Shown here one piece after another: positions 1-9,725 of a stretch of DNA of 64,000 nucleotides (position 1 is the stretch's first letter; every line of letters starts with the position of its first letter). This stretch comes from Fidelibacterota bacterium. GTDB lineage: Bacteria > Fidelibacterota > UBA2242. The stretch lies in contig JBNGDF010000006.1 of assembly GCA_049975265.1 (NCBI GenBank), positions 2,360 through 66,359 of the forward strand, in the 5' to 3' direction. Under the pieces are notes generated by a model. The model was not told the origin of the DNA and did not search any database. It saw only the letters and a list, made by a program, of their open reading frames with translations. Made by a program: the position numbers and the translations under genes.

Positions 1-107
1 AGGAATGTGCGGATAAATCTACGGCATTTCGGCGGGAGATGTATCTGAAATCGGGCGCCGGGAATATCTGGTTGAGAAACATGCTGATGGCGAGGAGGGT
101 ATGGTAA
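1..107 (+). CDS. GIY-YIG nuclease family protein, 3' part (truncated by window edge); paralogue of 218..472
   Basis: Frame from nt 3 reads ECADKSTAFRREMYLKSGAGNIWLRNMLMARRVW* (TAA 105-107); nt 1-55 identical to 366-420. Confidence 0.9.
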   Translation, partial: ECADKSTAFRREMYLKSGAGNIWLRNMLMARRVW

Positions 108-214
108 GGCAGTGGTCTTGCCTCAGGGAGCTTTCTTCGGGAAAAACCGCCGGGTTCACGCCCTTGGGAGTTCTCTCGTAGAGACCCCTTTGGGGGAGTC
201 CCTCCACCTCCGCA
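102..214 (+). pseudogene. Interrupted, 5'-truncated tRNA-Ser(UGA)-like sequence
   Basis: With inserts 121-142 and 174-195 removed: TGGTAAGGC-A-GTGGT CTTGAAA ACCGC-CGGGTTCACGCCCT(long variable arm)-T-GGGAG TTCGAGT CCCTC-CACCTCC-GCA. This gives D-loop, anticodon arm (TGA), V arm, T arm (one mismatch) and acceptor 3' strand. Confidence 0.8.
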
Positions 215-217
215 ATC

Positions 218-472
218 ATGTATACGGTTTATGTGATCAAGAGTCAGAACCGTCTTTTTCACTATATTGGTCATACCTCAAACATAGAGAACAGACTTCG
301 GGCTCATAATCGTGGTAAAGTTCGGTCTACCAGACCTTATCGACCGTTTATTCTTATTTACAGTGAGGAATGTGCGGATAAATCTACGGCATTTCGGCGG
401 GAGATGTATCTGAAATCGGGTGCTGGGAATATCTGGTTAAGGAATATGCTGATTTCCAGGGGGGCGTGGTAA
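218..472 (+). CDS. Small stand-alone GIY-YIG nuclease (84 aa)
   Basis: VYVIKS...YIGHTSNIENRLRAHNRG...STRPYRP...AFRREMYLKSG motifs typical of the small GIY-YIG (UPF0213-like) family. Confidence 0.92.
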   Translation: MYTVYVIKSQNRLFHYIGHTSNIENRLRAHNRGKVRSTRPYRPFILIYSEECADKSTAFRREMYLKSGAGNIWLRNMLISRGAW

Positions 473-530
473 GGCGGCGGTCTTGTCTCAGGGAGGTCCC
501 TTTGGGAAAAACCGCCGGGTTCACGCCCTT
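467..530 (+). pseudogene. Second tRNA-Ser(UGA)-like fragment (D-loop to variable arm) with a 22-nt insert in the anticodon loop
   Basis: TGGTAAGGCG-GCGGT CTTG[486-507]AAA ACCGC-CGGGTTCACGCCCTT; perfect anticodon stem GCGGT/ACCGC; T arm absent. Confidence 0.75.
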
Positions 531-634
531 CATAATACCAGCCTTTAATTGATAATTCCAGTGGTGCAATCAATCTGGAGAAACCTTGTCAGTTACCATG
601 TGTATAAGAATTGCTTTTCCAGATGAGGATATAC

Positions 635-680
635 TTGACAACCGTCTATCATCTTGTAGTTTACTTACCGCATAAGTAAA
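635..680 (+). promoter_or_regulatory. Putative sigma70 promoter of tamB with an overlapping palindrome
   Basis: TTGACA(635-640)-N16-TAGTTT(657-662); inverted repeat TTTACTTA-CCGCA-TAAGTAAA (660-680). Confidence 0.5.
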
Positions 681-703
681 TTGTTAAGATTGACAGAGAG
701 AGT

Positions 704-3700
704 GTGAAAAAAGTAACAAAAATATCAATTCTCCTATTAATATTCCTCTTTTTCGGCATTAGTGGAATCACCTTCTATTTTCTGCATTCCAGTTTTTGGA
801 AAGATGCGGTGCAGAATTTTCTCAAAGATCAACTGGCAATCCAGAACGGCTTGGAATTGCAAATCGGGGAATTACGGGGCAATCCTTTAAACAATATTAC
901 ATTTAAAGAACTCCGTTTGTTGACACCACACCATTTCCAGATTGCCGAGATCTCCGAAATTAACCTACGCTATGGTTTGGTACATTTTATATTAAAAAAA
1001 GGGGGTATCCGCCGGGTGGGCATTGAAGGAGTTAAACTAACTTTCCCTGCCTCTTTGGACTCTCTAACCAATTATTTGACTGGAACCGGATCCCAAGGAT
1101 TGCAGAGGCGGATTGTCATCGATAAGTATGAACTGGCGAACACGAATATTTTTATAGGCGATACATCTTCGGGTTCAATGGTCAGCAGTGATTGGATTCA
1201 GGGTCGGATATTTCTCAATCCGGATTCTTTGATCATCAGTGTCAATCGTGGAAATATCCACACTACCGCACTGAATGAGACGGTTTCAATGCGTGATATT
1301 CAGTTGGTAAAAAGCGGCGGTAGAATTATCATCTCGAGAGCTACTTTTTTAAACCAGTCGGCGGAGATTACCTTGGGCGGTTATGTTGGGCTGGATTCGA
1401 TCCCCGACTTTGATATAGACTTCGATATTGAAAATATACTGCTAAATGAGAGGCTGAAAAGTACGCAGGAGCTGTTCGCAGCAGATGATCGGATTAATCT
1501 GGCAGGTAAAGTTCGCTTTGATCAAACCGGATTAACTCTGACCTCATCCTTTGACGGACAATTGCTGAATAATTCACTCACACAGGGGCGCATGTCCGGT
1601 CGATATCATGGCGGTCGGTTCCGGTTTGACAATGTCTCATTTCAGTCGACGGGGCAAATTATCGCTATGGCGGTCAATGGTGACTTAAACAATTATGCTG
1701 AAGCACAGATTCGTTTGGATGGAATCGATGTTCGTACCTGGCAAAAAATTCCCTTTCACACAGCGGTAAATGGTGAAATCCGCTTGCGGTCGAAAGGACT
1801 ACTGACGGCTCCCGATACGCTGATCGCCGATTTGGACTTTAGAAACACCTTGGTTGATACGTTGCAAATTGACTTTATTGCCGGTCAACTCCGTTATGTT
1901 GACGGCGTTTTTGATATCACTGATACCGTGCGGATCGGGTTTAAGGAGACCAGTGTAATGCTCGAAGGCAGCTGTAATCCGACGGCAGATTCGCTTCATG
2001 CGACTGTCCATGTCGGCTCCGACAGCCTAGATGTTTTCTCCGAAATGGTGAACTTAAATGAGTTGCAGGGTCGTGTTGAGGGGTTCCTTGAAGCATCCGG
2101 TCGTTTCAGCAGCCCTGATTTCAGGGGTTGGCTGCGTGGTGTGGGGCTGGGGGTCGCAAACCTCAGATTCGACGAGACGATCGCCCGATTTGGATTAATG
2201 AATATTCAGGAAAGCCGCTTCGGGGATATATATATTGAGGCCAGTAACGGTGTCACGCCTTTTATTAAGGGCGGATTTCCGCTGGCTTCTCTGATTATCC
2301 GGTTTGAAAAAGACACGTCCATTATCCGTTCGTTTCGGGTGACCGGTGAAAATATGAATCTGGAATTACAGGGTAAGATGGTCAAATTATCTGAGTTATA
2401 TTTTAATAACATCAATTTTGAGCACAATGGCAATATCCTGAAGAACATTGATCCGATCCAGATTTCATCAAAAGCCGATACAATCAGCCTTGCCGAGGTA
2501 CGCTTTGCACTCAATGAAGGACTGGTTGTACTTTCCGGGGAATCGGTCAACCGGCGGGTACAGACGGCGGTAATGAATATCAGCCAATTGAAGGTAGATC
2601 CGTTAAATGCCTATCTGAAAGGTGCGCGCGGTGTCGCCGGTCTGCTGGATGGGCTGATCGTCTATACGAACACAGCAGCGACTCCGGTGGTTTATGGTCG
2701 TCTTCAGGTGGATCGGGCCAACCTGATCGGCAAGCCCTTTAATAATATTCGTCTGGAAGCCCGGTTGGTGGAGAATCGGATTGTCCTGGAAAATTTTTTC
2801 CTGGAGGATAATGATAAGGGATTCATGAACGGTTTTGGGCAGCTGGACTGTCATTTTCCCCGGACAGACAGCGGCGATTTTTTTAAAGCGTCGGATTTGC
2901 TGAATCTACAGATGCAGTTTGACAATTTTGATTTCGGGATTCTGGGATCGTTTATTCTGCCGAGATTCAATAAGGATGGGAGACTTTCAGGTAGTTTTAT
3001 GATTACCAATACGCTGGAAAATCCAGAGCTGAATTACCAGCTCACCCTGGGAGATCCGGTATTTGATCGCATTACCGGCACTACCCTGAAAGCAAACGGG
3101 ATTTATCGGGATAACAAGCTGGAATTTGCTGACATTGAACTGGTTGATTCCTACGGAAAAGCGCGAGGTTCTGGTTATCTGCCTTATGTAGTTGCATTCA
3201 AACCGCTGCAGATAAAATTCCTAAAAGATGAACCCATGTTTATGAATTTCACTCTGCATACGTCATCAGTCGAGTTTTTATCAAAATACATTGGCAGCGT
3301 GGAAAGTATTGAAGGAGATTACGATATTACCCTCAACCTCTCCGGAACACCTAATAATCCTGTGCGTTCCGGAAATTTTTCCGTTAAGAACAGCACTGTC
3401 CGGGTCAATGCTCTTGAAAATCCGGTTACCGGTTTGACCGGTAGCGCAATTCTCCAGAATAACACAATGGAAATCGTCTCTCTGGACGGGTATTTGGTAG
3501 AACCCGTTTCCGGAAGCGGTTATGACCGGTTCAGACGAGCCCTTAAAAAGTACACAGTGGACATTCTTTTTCCCCAATCCCGATCACCCGACGAACCAAA
3601 TGTCAGTATCGCCGGCTCGATTGATTTTACAACCTTTTTCAAACCGGTCTTCAATGTCCGGATGGATGGTGACAATATCTATGTCCGGACCCTGCTGGCG

Positions 3701-4630
3701 GAACAGGAGGGAATTCTGGACGGGACCTTCACAGTTGTTGGCGGTGATACCATGAGCATCGAGGGAGAAGTGGATATTAACGAATTTATTATCCGCAATG
3801 AATTCGGAGGCAGACAGGAATTAATCGAGGAGGATAAAAAACCGGGACGCGTTTACACCACAATCAATTTACATACGATCATTCCCGGCAATCTCTATTT
3901 CCGAAACAGCCAGCTGGATTGTGAGCTTGAAGGGGAGATATGGATTATTAAAAATGGACCGGAGCCCTACCGCTTTTCGGGAACCCTGGACATCCGGAAG
4001 GGTAAATTCTTTTATTACGGCTGGGAATTTGATGTGGTTCGGGGATCATTGACATTTGACCCGACCGAGTTTAATCCGACGCTGGATATCGAAGCCCGGG
4101 TTGACCTGGCGTCCTATACCGATAATAATACCACTGAATCTGTCGGCACCCCTGAGGAAGATTATGTCACAGTAATGCTTTCCGGCGACCTGCAAAATCC
4201 AACCCTTACTTTTGATTCTAACAATAAATATAATGAGAGCGATATTCTGATGTTTCTCTCCCGGACCCAGCTGGGCAGTGAGGAGGGATTGGATCAGGAG
4301 CGCATTTCCGCCGATGCCATGAACGTATTCGGGATGTATTTTGAACGACAGCTGGAGCGGAGTATCAGCCAGATCAGCGGACTCGACGAGTTTGAATTGC
4401 GCACTAAAGGCGACCTGTTTTTCAACCAGCAGCCTGATCAGTGGAGTGTCAGCCTGGGACAGAAGCTGGCACCAAATCTCTATTTTAAATATGAGCGGAA
4501 ATTATCCCTGATTGAACCGACTCAAATCTTTGGTGTCGAATATCGCCTCAATCGCAATTGTTCCATTGCCGGAGAAGTCGAACAGGACGGCTCTTACCGG
4601 ATTAATTATCTCTATAAATACCGCTATTAA
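704..4630 (+). CDS. tamB: Translocation/assembly module TamB family protein (DUF490)
   Basis: 1308 aa, N-terminal TM anchor, long beta-rich body, C-terminal DUF490-like region (G.L.F....NP.LDI.A; GVEYRL; ends YKYRY); upstream of an Omp85 gene. Confidence 0.85.
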   Translation: MKKVTKISILLLIFLFFGISGITFYFLHSSFWKDAVQNFLKDQLAIQNGLELQIGELRGNPLNNITFKELRLLTPHHFQIAEISEINLRYGLVHFILKKGGIRRVGIEGVKLTFPASLDSLTNYLTGTGSQGLQRRIVIDKYELANTNIFIGDTSSGSMVSSDWIQGRIFLNPDSLIISVNRGNIHTTALNETVSMRDIQLVKSGGRIIISRATFLNQSAEITLGGYVGLDSIPDFDIDFDIENILLNERLKSTQELFAADDRINLAGKVRFDQTGLTLTSSFDGQLLNNSLTQGRMSGRYHGGRFRFDNVSFQSTGQIIAMAVNGDLNNYAEAQIRLDGIDVRTWQKIPFHTAVNGEIRLRSKGLLTAPDTLIADLDFRNTLVDTLQIDFIAGQLRYVDGVFDITDTVRIGFKETSVMLEGSCNPTADSLHATVHVGSDSLDVFSEMVNLNELQGRVEGFLEASGRFSSPDFRGWLRGVGLGVANLRFDETIARFGLMNIQESRFGDIYIEASNGVTPFIKGGFPLASLIIRFEKDTSIIRSFRVTGENMNLELQGKMVKLSELYFNNINFEHNGNILKNIDPIQISSKADTISLAEVRFALNEGLVVLSGESVNRRVQTAVMNISQLKVDPLNAYLKGARGVAGLLDGLIVYTNTAATPVVYGRLQVDRANLIGKPFNNIRLEARLVENRIVLENFFLEDNDKGFMNGFGQLDCHFPRTDSGDFFKASDLLNLQMQFDNFDFGILGSFILPRFNKDGRLSGSFMITNTLENPELNYQLTLGDPVFDRITGTTLKANGIYRDNKLEFADIELVDSYGKARGSGYLPYVVAFKPLQIKFLKDEPMFMNFTLHTSSVEFLSKYIGSVESIEGDYDITLNLSGTPNNPVRSGNFSVKNSTVRVNALENPVTGLTGSAILQNNTMEIVSLDGYLVEPVSGSGYDRFRRALKKYTVDILFPQSRSPDEPNVSIAGSIDFTTFFKPVFNVRMDGDNIYVRTLLAEQEGILDGTFTVVGGDTMSIEGEVDINEFIIRNEFGGRQELIEEDKKPGRVYTTINLHTIIPGNLYFRNSQLDCELEGEIWIIKNGPEPYRFSGTLDIRKGKFFYYGWEFDVVRGSLTFDPTEFNPTLDIEARVDLASYTDNNTTESVGTPEEDYVTVMLSGDLQNPTLTFDSNNKYNESDILMFLSRTQLGSEEGLDQERISADAMNVFGMYFERQLERSISQISGLDEFELRTKGDLFFNQQPDQWSVSLGQKLAPNLYFKYERKLSLIEPTQIFGVEYRLNRNCSIAGEVEQDGSYRINYLYKYRY

Positions 4631-4635
4631 GGATT

Positions 4636-6438
4636 ATGCTGATTCGATTCGGAAAAAAATATTCACTGCTTGTTCTGCTGCTCGTCTCTCTCTTGTCTGC
4701 TGCTGCCTATGCCCAGAGTGGCTTTACGCCGACAGAATACGTCGTTGGCAAAATCTATTTAGAGGGCAACGAGGCGTTTAAAACCCGGAAACTGAAGCGC
4801 CAGATGAATCTGAAAGAGAAACGGCTGATGAGAACAAAGACTTTTACGCGGCGTCTGATTGAACTCGACCGGATTTTGCTGAAAAGTATCTATGTTAAAA
4901 ACGGATATCTGTACGCTACGGTGGAGGATTCGTTTGTTGTCCATGATAATGGACGGGTGGACCTCTACTATTTTATCACAGAGGGTCGGCAATATTTCCT
5001 GCGACAGATCCGGATTGACGGGAATACGACCCTGTCTGACGACCGGATTCTCGAATTGCTTGATCATAAACTGGACAAGCCCTATAATCCGCTGAAAATC
5101 CGGGACGGCATCAGGATGATCCAGGCAGAGTATGCCAACAACGGCAAGCCGCTGGCGCAGATTCGGGATTCCGTGAATGTCAATCACGGTATACATCTGC
5201 ACATTCGTATTCTCGAAAATCCGACGATGCGTATCGGTGATATTGCCATTAAAAACAATAAATTGGTGAAAAAAAGACCTATCGAACGGGAAATCCTGTT
5301 GAAGCCCGGAGATTTGTATTCCCAGGAAAAAATCGACCTTTCTAAAAAGCATATTTACGAAACCGGTCTGTTTTCCAGTGTCAATATCCGCACCGCCAAT
5401 ATTGATACCCAGAAACATGACCTGGATTTAGTGGTCGAGGTACGGGAGCTGGATATGCGCTATCTCGGCGGGAAGGTCGGGTTGGGTCAGGAAAAGAGTA
5501 GTATTATCGAAGGTGGTGGTGAATATACCTCTTTAACGTTGAACGGTGAATGGTTGCACCGCAATATTGCTTGCAGAGGTAGTCGGTTGAGCCTGAATGT
5601 TGGTTTGGTAACGAGAATTCCGGAGGTATCCGAACTGACCCCAAATGTCGTGATAACATATATTGAACCCTGGCTGCTTGGATTTCGTTCGTCAACGTCG
5701 TTTGAATTGTTTTATCGGAGTGAAATGATCGAGGGTAACCTTCAAAGAAAATATGGTGAAGAAACAGCTTTAATCTATCAGCCGGAACGACGTTTTTATG
5801 GGAGTCTCAGTTTCATATACCAATTCGTATTCTGGGTAGGAGATAGCAGTAACGTTGAACCCAGGGAGGATAATGAACGGGCTATTCGGTTTCAAATTCG
5901 CCGGGATTACCGGGATAATTTTCTGTTTCCCACCCAGGGAACGGTGTTTTCCTTTGACGGAAAGGTTGTAGGATTTGGCGGAGATCGAAATTATTACTGG
6001 GTGGAGACCTCTTTTAGTCAGTACATTCCTCTCTGGCGCAATATCATCTTCGCCTATCGGGGCAAATTTGGATATCAGCAACCTCTTAAGGGGGAGGATG
6101 ATACTCCTACCTATGCATGGTTTAAACTTGGCGGGGGTTCCAGTCTGAGAGGCTGGGAGCATGATAATTATCAGGGAGAAGGCCATCATATTAAGGTCCT
6201 GACTAATGCTGAAATCCGCTTTCCGCTCTTCTGGATTCTGGGTGGTGAAATTTTTATTGACGGCGGAATGCTATCTGACAAAGAGTCATTCCTTACTGCG
6301 TCATATCGTTGGGATGCCGGTGTTGGCCTGACTCTTGCTACCCCTTTAGGTCCGATTAGGATTGATATTGCGAAAAAACTTGGGAAAGGGGACAAGACAC
6401 CCTATAAGTGGCAACTTTCAATTCCCTACGCATTTTAG
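4636..6438 (+). CDS. Omp85 family outer-membrane protein (TamA/BamA-like, about 3 POTRA domains)
   Basis: Signal peptide, POTRA motifs (GN....; ETGLFSSV), GGGSSLRGW loop, TPLGPIRIDIA, C-terminal F. Confidence 0.88.
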   Translation: MLIRFGKKYSLLVLLLVSLLSAAAYAQSGFTPTEYVVGKIYLEGNEAFKTRKLKRQMNLKEKRLMRTKTFTRRLIELDRILLKSIYVKNGYLYATVEDSFVVHDNGRVDLYYFITEGRQYFLRQIRIDGNTTLSDDRILELLDHKLDKPYNPLKIRDGIRMIQAEYANNGKPLAQIRDSVNVNHGIHLHIRILENPTMRIGDIAIKNNKLVKKRPIEREILLKPGDLYSQEKIDLSKKHIYETGLFSSVNIRTANIDTQKHDLDLVVEVRELDMRYLGGKVGLGQEKSSIIEGGGEYTSLTLNGEWLHRNIACRGSRLSLNVGLVTRIPEVSELTPNVVITYIEPWLLGFRSSTSFELFYRSEMIEGNLQRKYGEETALIYQPERRFYGSLSFIYQFVFWVGDSSNVEPREDNERAIRFQIRRDYRDNFLFPTQGTVFSFDGKVVGFGGDRNYYWVETSFSQYIPLWRNIIFAYRGKFGYQQPLKGEDDTPTYAWFKLGGGSSLRGWEHDNYQGEGHHIKVLTNAEIRFPLFWILGGEIFIDGGMLSDKESFLTASYRWDAGVGLTLATPLGPIRIDIAKKLGKGDKTPYKWQLSIPYAF

Positions 6439-6456
6439 TGGAAAGGAGTGACGACC

Positions 6457-9087
6457 ATGTTATCCTATGATCGTTTTACCATAAAAGCCCAGGAAGTTTT
6501 AAAAAATGCCTTTGATTTGGCTCAGCAGCGCTCGCATCAGCAGATCGAGCCGGAACACTTTCTGCATGCAATTTTGACAACCCCGGACAATGTGGGTATT
6601 ATTGTCCTCAAGAAAATTATCGGAAATCCGCAACAATTTCAGCAGGCGGTGGAAAATCTGATCGAAAACTTTCCGAAAATCAGCGGCAGTGTCGGTCAGG
6701 CGTACCTCGGTAAAAACTCGGATAAACTGTTTCAAAGAGCCGAGGAGTTTGCCCGCCAGTTTCAGGACGAGTATCTGAGTGCCGAGCATATTCTGCTGGG
6801 GATTGTGGATACCGCCTCGTCGCAACTGAAAACGGTCCTGAAAACCCACGGCATTACCAACGAAACACTCCTGGCTGCCCTGAAGGAAATCCGTGGTTCC
6901 CAGAGCGTTAAAGACCAATCTCCCGAAGATAAATACCAGGCTCTGAAGCGATATTGCCGCAATCTGAACGATCTGGCGCGCAAAGGGAAGCTGGATCCTG
7001 TGATTGGGCGGGAGGAGGAAATCCGACGCGTACTCCAGGTTCTCGCCCGGCGTACGAAAAACAACCCCGTCCTGGTCGGTGAACCGGGGGTTGGGAAGAC
7101 CGCCATTGCCGAAGGTCTGGCGTTGCGGATTGTCGCCAAGGATGTTCCCGAGGGTATGCAGGACAAACAGATTCTGGCACTGGATATGGGGGCGTTAATT
7201 GCCGGAGCAAAATTTCGCGGTGAGTTCGAAGACCGGCTGAAATCGGTTATCCGTGAAATCACAGAGTCCGACGGGCAGATCATTCTGTTCATTGACGAAA
7301 TTCACACCGTGGTCGGCGCCGGTGCCGCCGAAGGTTCGGTGGATGCGTCGAATTTATTGAAACCCGCACTGGCGCGGGGCGAGTTGCGCAGTATTGGTGC
7401 CACGACGTTGAATGAGTACCGAAAATATATTGAAAAAGACAAGGCGCTGGAACGCCGATTTCAGCCGATTCTCATCGAAGAGCCCTCTGCGGAGGATGCC
7501 ATTTCGGTGCTGCGGGGAATTAAGGAGCGCTACGAGATTCACCACGGTATCCGGATCAAGGATACGGCGCTGGTGGCGGCAGTGGAACTGTCGCATCGTT
7601 ACATTACCGATCGCTTTTTACCCGATAAAGCCATCGATCTGATTGATGAAGCCGCCAGTCGTCTGCGTCTGGAAATTGATTCCCTACCCGCTGAGCTGGA
7701 TGAGGTGGAGCGAAAAATCAGTCAACTGGAAATCGAAAGCCGTGCGCTGGCAAAGGAAAAGGATGTCAAAGCCTCGCAGGAGAGGTTGGCGGATATCCAA
7801 AAAGAGCTGGCGGAATTGAAAGACAAATCGGCAGTATTGCGGGCGCGCTGGCAGTCGGAAAAGAACCACATTACCCGTATTAATGATCTGAAAAAACAGA
7901 TAGAAGAGACCCGTTCACTGGCGGAAAAGGCGGAGCGTGACGGCAACTGGGAACGGGCGGCGCAGCTGAAGCATGCCGAACTGCCCGGTCTGGAAAAGGA
8001 ACTGGAAAATGAGAAACAGACGCTGGAACAACAGCACGGCGAGCGACCGCTGCTGCGGGAAGAGGTCACCGAGGAGGATATTGCGGAAATTGTCTCAAAA
8101 TGGACGCATATCCCGGTTTCACGGCTGGTAGAGAGTGAACGCCGGAAGCTGTTACATATCGAAGAAAAGCTGCATGAACGCATTGTCGGTCAGGATGCAG
8201 CGATCCAGGCGGTTGCCAATGCCGTGCGCCGGTCCCGGGCGGGACTTCAGGATGAAAACCGTCCCATCGCCGCCTTTATCTTTACCGGTTCCACAGGGGT
8301 CGGTAAAACCGAGCTCGCCAAGGCGCTGGCAGAGTTTCTTTTTAACGACGAAAATGCCCTGATCCGGATTGATATGTCCGAATATATGGAAAAACACTCC
8401 GTGTCGCGGCTGATCGGTGCACCCCCCGGCTATGTCGGTTACGAAGAGGGCGGACAACTCACTGAAGCGGTTCGGCGCAAACCCTATTCGGTGATTCTGC
8501 TGGACGAGATCGAAAAAGCCCACAACGATGTCTTCAATATCCTGTTGCAGGTACTGGAAGATGGTCGTCTGACAGATAATAAGGGTCAGGTGGTCAATTT
8601 CAAGAATACGATTATTATCATGACCTCAAATCTGGGTTCCCAGACAATTATGAGTCAGGCTTCCAGTGTTAATGAGGACAATATCAATACGGTCTACTCC
8701 GACATCCAGGAGACGGTGATGAGCCAGCTGCGGGAGTACCTGAAGCCGGAATTTATGAACCGGGTCGACGAAGTGGTCGTCTTTGCACCGCTTCTGCCTG
8801 ATCAGATTCAGGATATTGTCCAGCTGCAATTTAACCGGCTATCCCGAAGAATTAAAAATATAGGCTACAAAGTCAATTTATCAGAAGAGGCTCGTGCAGA
8901 GCTTGCCAAAGCCAGCTGGGACCCGATGTATGGTGCCCGTCCGGTCAAGCGGGTGATCCAGAAGCATATTCTGGACCCGCTGGCTGTCGAAATCCTGGCA
9001 GGCAAATTCAGTCCGGGTGATGAAATCCGGATCACCGTTGCCGGTGGAACAGTCGCCTTTGAAGAGGGCTCACGACGGGAACAATAG
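6457..9087 (+). CDS. clpB: ATP-dependent chaperone ClpB
   Basis: Two AAA+ modules ([16 protein letters not shown]), middle coiled coil, [22 protein letters not shown] before ATG 6457. Confidence 0.97.
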   Translation: MLSYDRFTIKAQEVLKNAFDLAQQRSHQQIEPEHFLHAILTTPDNVGIIVLKKIIGNPQQFQQAVENLIENFPKISGSVGQAYLGKNSDKLFQRAEEFARQFQDEYLSAEHILLGIVDTASSQLKTVLKTHGITNETLLAALKEIRGSQSVKDQSPEDKYQALKRYCRNLNDLARKGKLDPVIGREEEIRRVLQVLARRTKNNPVLVGEPGVGKTAIAEGLALRIVAKDVPEGMQDKQILALDMGALIAGAKFRGEFEDRLKSVIREITESDGQIILFIDEIHTVVGAGAAEGSVDASNLLKPALARGELRSIGATTLNEYRKYIEKDKALERRFQPILIEEPSAEDAISVLRGIKERYEIHHGIRIKDTALVAAVELSHRYITDRFLPDKAIDLIDEAASRLRLEIDSLPAELDEVERKISQLEIESRALAKEKDVKASQERLADIQKELAELKDKSAVLRARWQSEKNHITRINDLKKQIEETRSLAEKAERDGNWERAAQLKHAELPGLEKELENEKQTLEQQHGERPLLREEVTEEDIAEIVSKWTHIPVSRLVESERRKLLHIEEKLHERIVGQDAAIQAVANAVRRSRAGLQDENRPIAAFIFTGSTGVGKTELAKALAEFLFNDENALIRIDMSEYMEKHSVSRLIGAPPGYVGYEEGGQLTEAVRRKPYSVILLDEIEKAHNDVFNILLQVLEDGRLTDNKGQVVNFKNTIIIMTSNLGSQTIMSQASSVNEDNINTVYSDIQETVMSQLREYLKPEFMNRVDEVVVFAPLLPDQIQDIVQLQFNRLSRRIKNIGYKVNLSEEARAELAKASWDPMYGARPVKRVIQKHILDPLAVEILAGKFSPGDEIRITVAGGTVAFEEGSRREQ

Positions 9088-9203
9088 CCCGACGTGATTG
9101 TATAATTTGAACTTAGTTTTCTTTTTTGGATGGATGTTGAAAATGGATAAATTACACGGCGATTGATGATTTTGGCGTAAGAATAGTAAAGGAGGTTTTT
9201 ATA

Positions 9204-9707
9204 ATGGGGAAAAAGGTGTCAATCAGTGTTCTGGTCATTCTGATGATTCTGCTAACCGGTTGTTCGGGAGACCGGGTAAAAACGGCGCAGGGGTATTGGG
9301 ATTTTGCCCGGGAGGCTTTTAACAATAAGCAGTACGAAGAAGCCATTGCATATTATCAGAAATTGGTACAGCGGTTTCCGCAGGACAGCCTGGCGGTACC
9401 GGCGCTTTTTTCAGTGGCGGAAATTTACAAGAATAATATGCAAAACTTTACCAAATCCATTGAGTCATACCGACAAATCCTGGCGGAATACGGGACGCAC
9501 CCAAAGGCACCGAACGCCAGCTTCATGATCGGCTATGTGTATGCCAACGATCTGAGCAATTACGATCAGGCGCGGGTCAGCTATGAGGAGTTTATTGAGC
9601 AGTACCCTGACCACAATCTGGTGCCATCGGCGCAGTGGGAAATCGAGAATCTGGGAAGATCGCTGGACGAAATACCGCAGTTGCAATCCATTACCAAAGG
9701 GAAATAG
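9204..9707 (+). CDS. TPR-repeat lipoprotein (CpoB/BamD-like fold)
   Basis: Lipobox LTGC; TPR repeats (YQKLVQRFPQ, YEEFIEQYPD); RBS AAGGAGG. Confidence 0.85.
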   Translation: MGKKVSISVLVILMILLTGCSGDRVKTAQGYWDFAREAFNNKQYEEAIAYYQKLVQRFPQDSLAVPALFSVAEIYKNNMQNFTKSIESYRQILAEYGTHPKAPNASFMIGYVYANDLSNYDQARVSYEEFIEQYPDHNLVPSAQWEIENLGRSLDEIPQLQSITKGK

Positions 9708-9725
9708 GCAATCCGGAGTAACAGC

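Larger units (their letters stand above)
1..530 (+). repeat. Tandem direct repeat, 365-bp period (GIY-YIG gene + tRNA-like spacer)
   Basis: 1-165 aligns without gaps to 366-530; stop codons end at 107 and 472. Confidence 0.95.

Noticed and set aside
102..214. Functional intron-containing tRNA-Ser
   Set aside because: The 5' acceptor strand and D-stem 5' side are not intact, the T stem has a mismatch, and no bulge-helix-bulge motif is evident. Called a pseudo-tRNA.
1..530. CRISPR array or group I intron homing-endonuclease interpretation of the repeats
   Set aside because: The repeat unit is a 365-bp gene-containing duplication with no unique spacers or cas genes. The spacers are too short for a group I core and parse as tRNA fragments.
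19..573. Short ORFs 19..219, 112..309, 358..573, 384..569
   Set aside because: Shadow frames of the GIY-YIG/tRNA repeat; their mutual similarity only reflects the DNA duplication.
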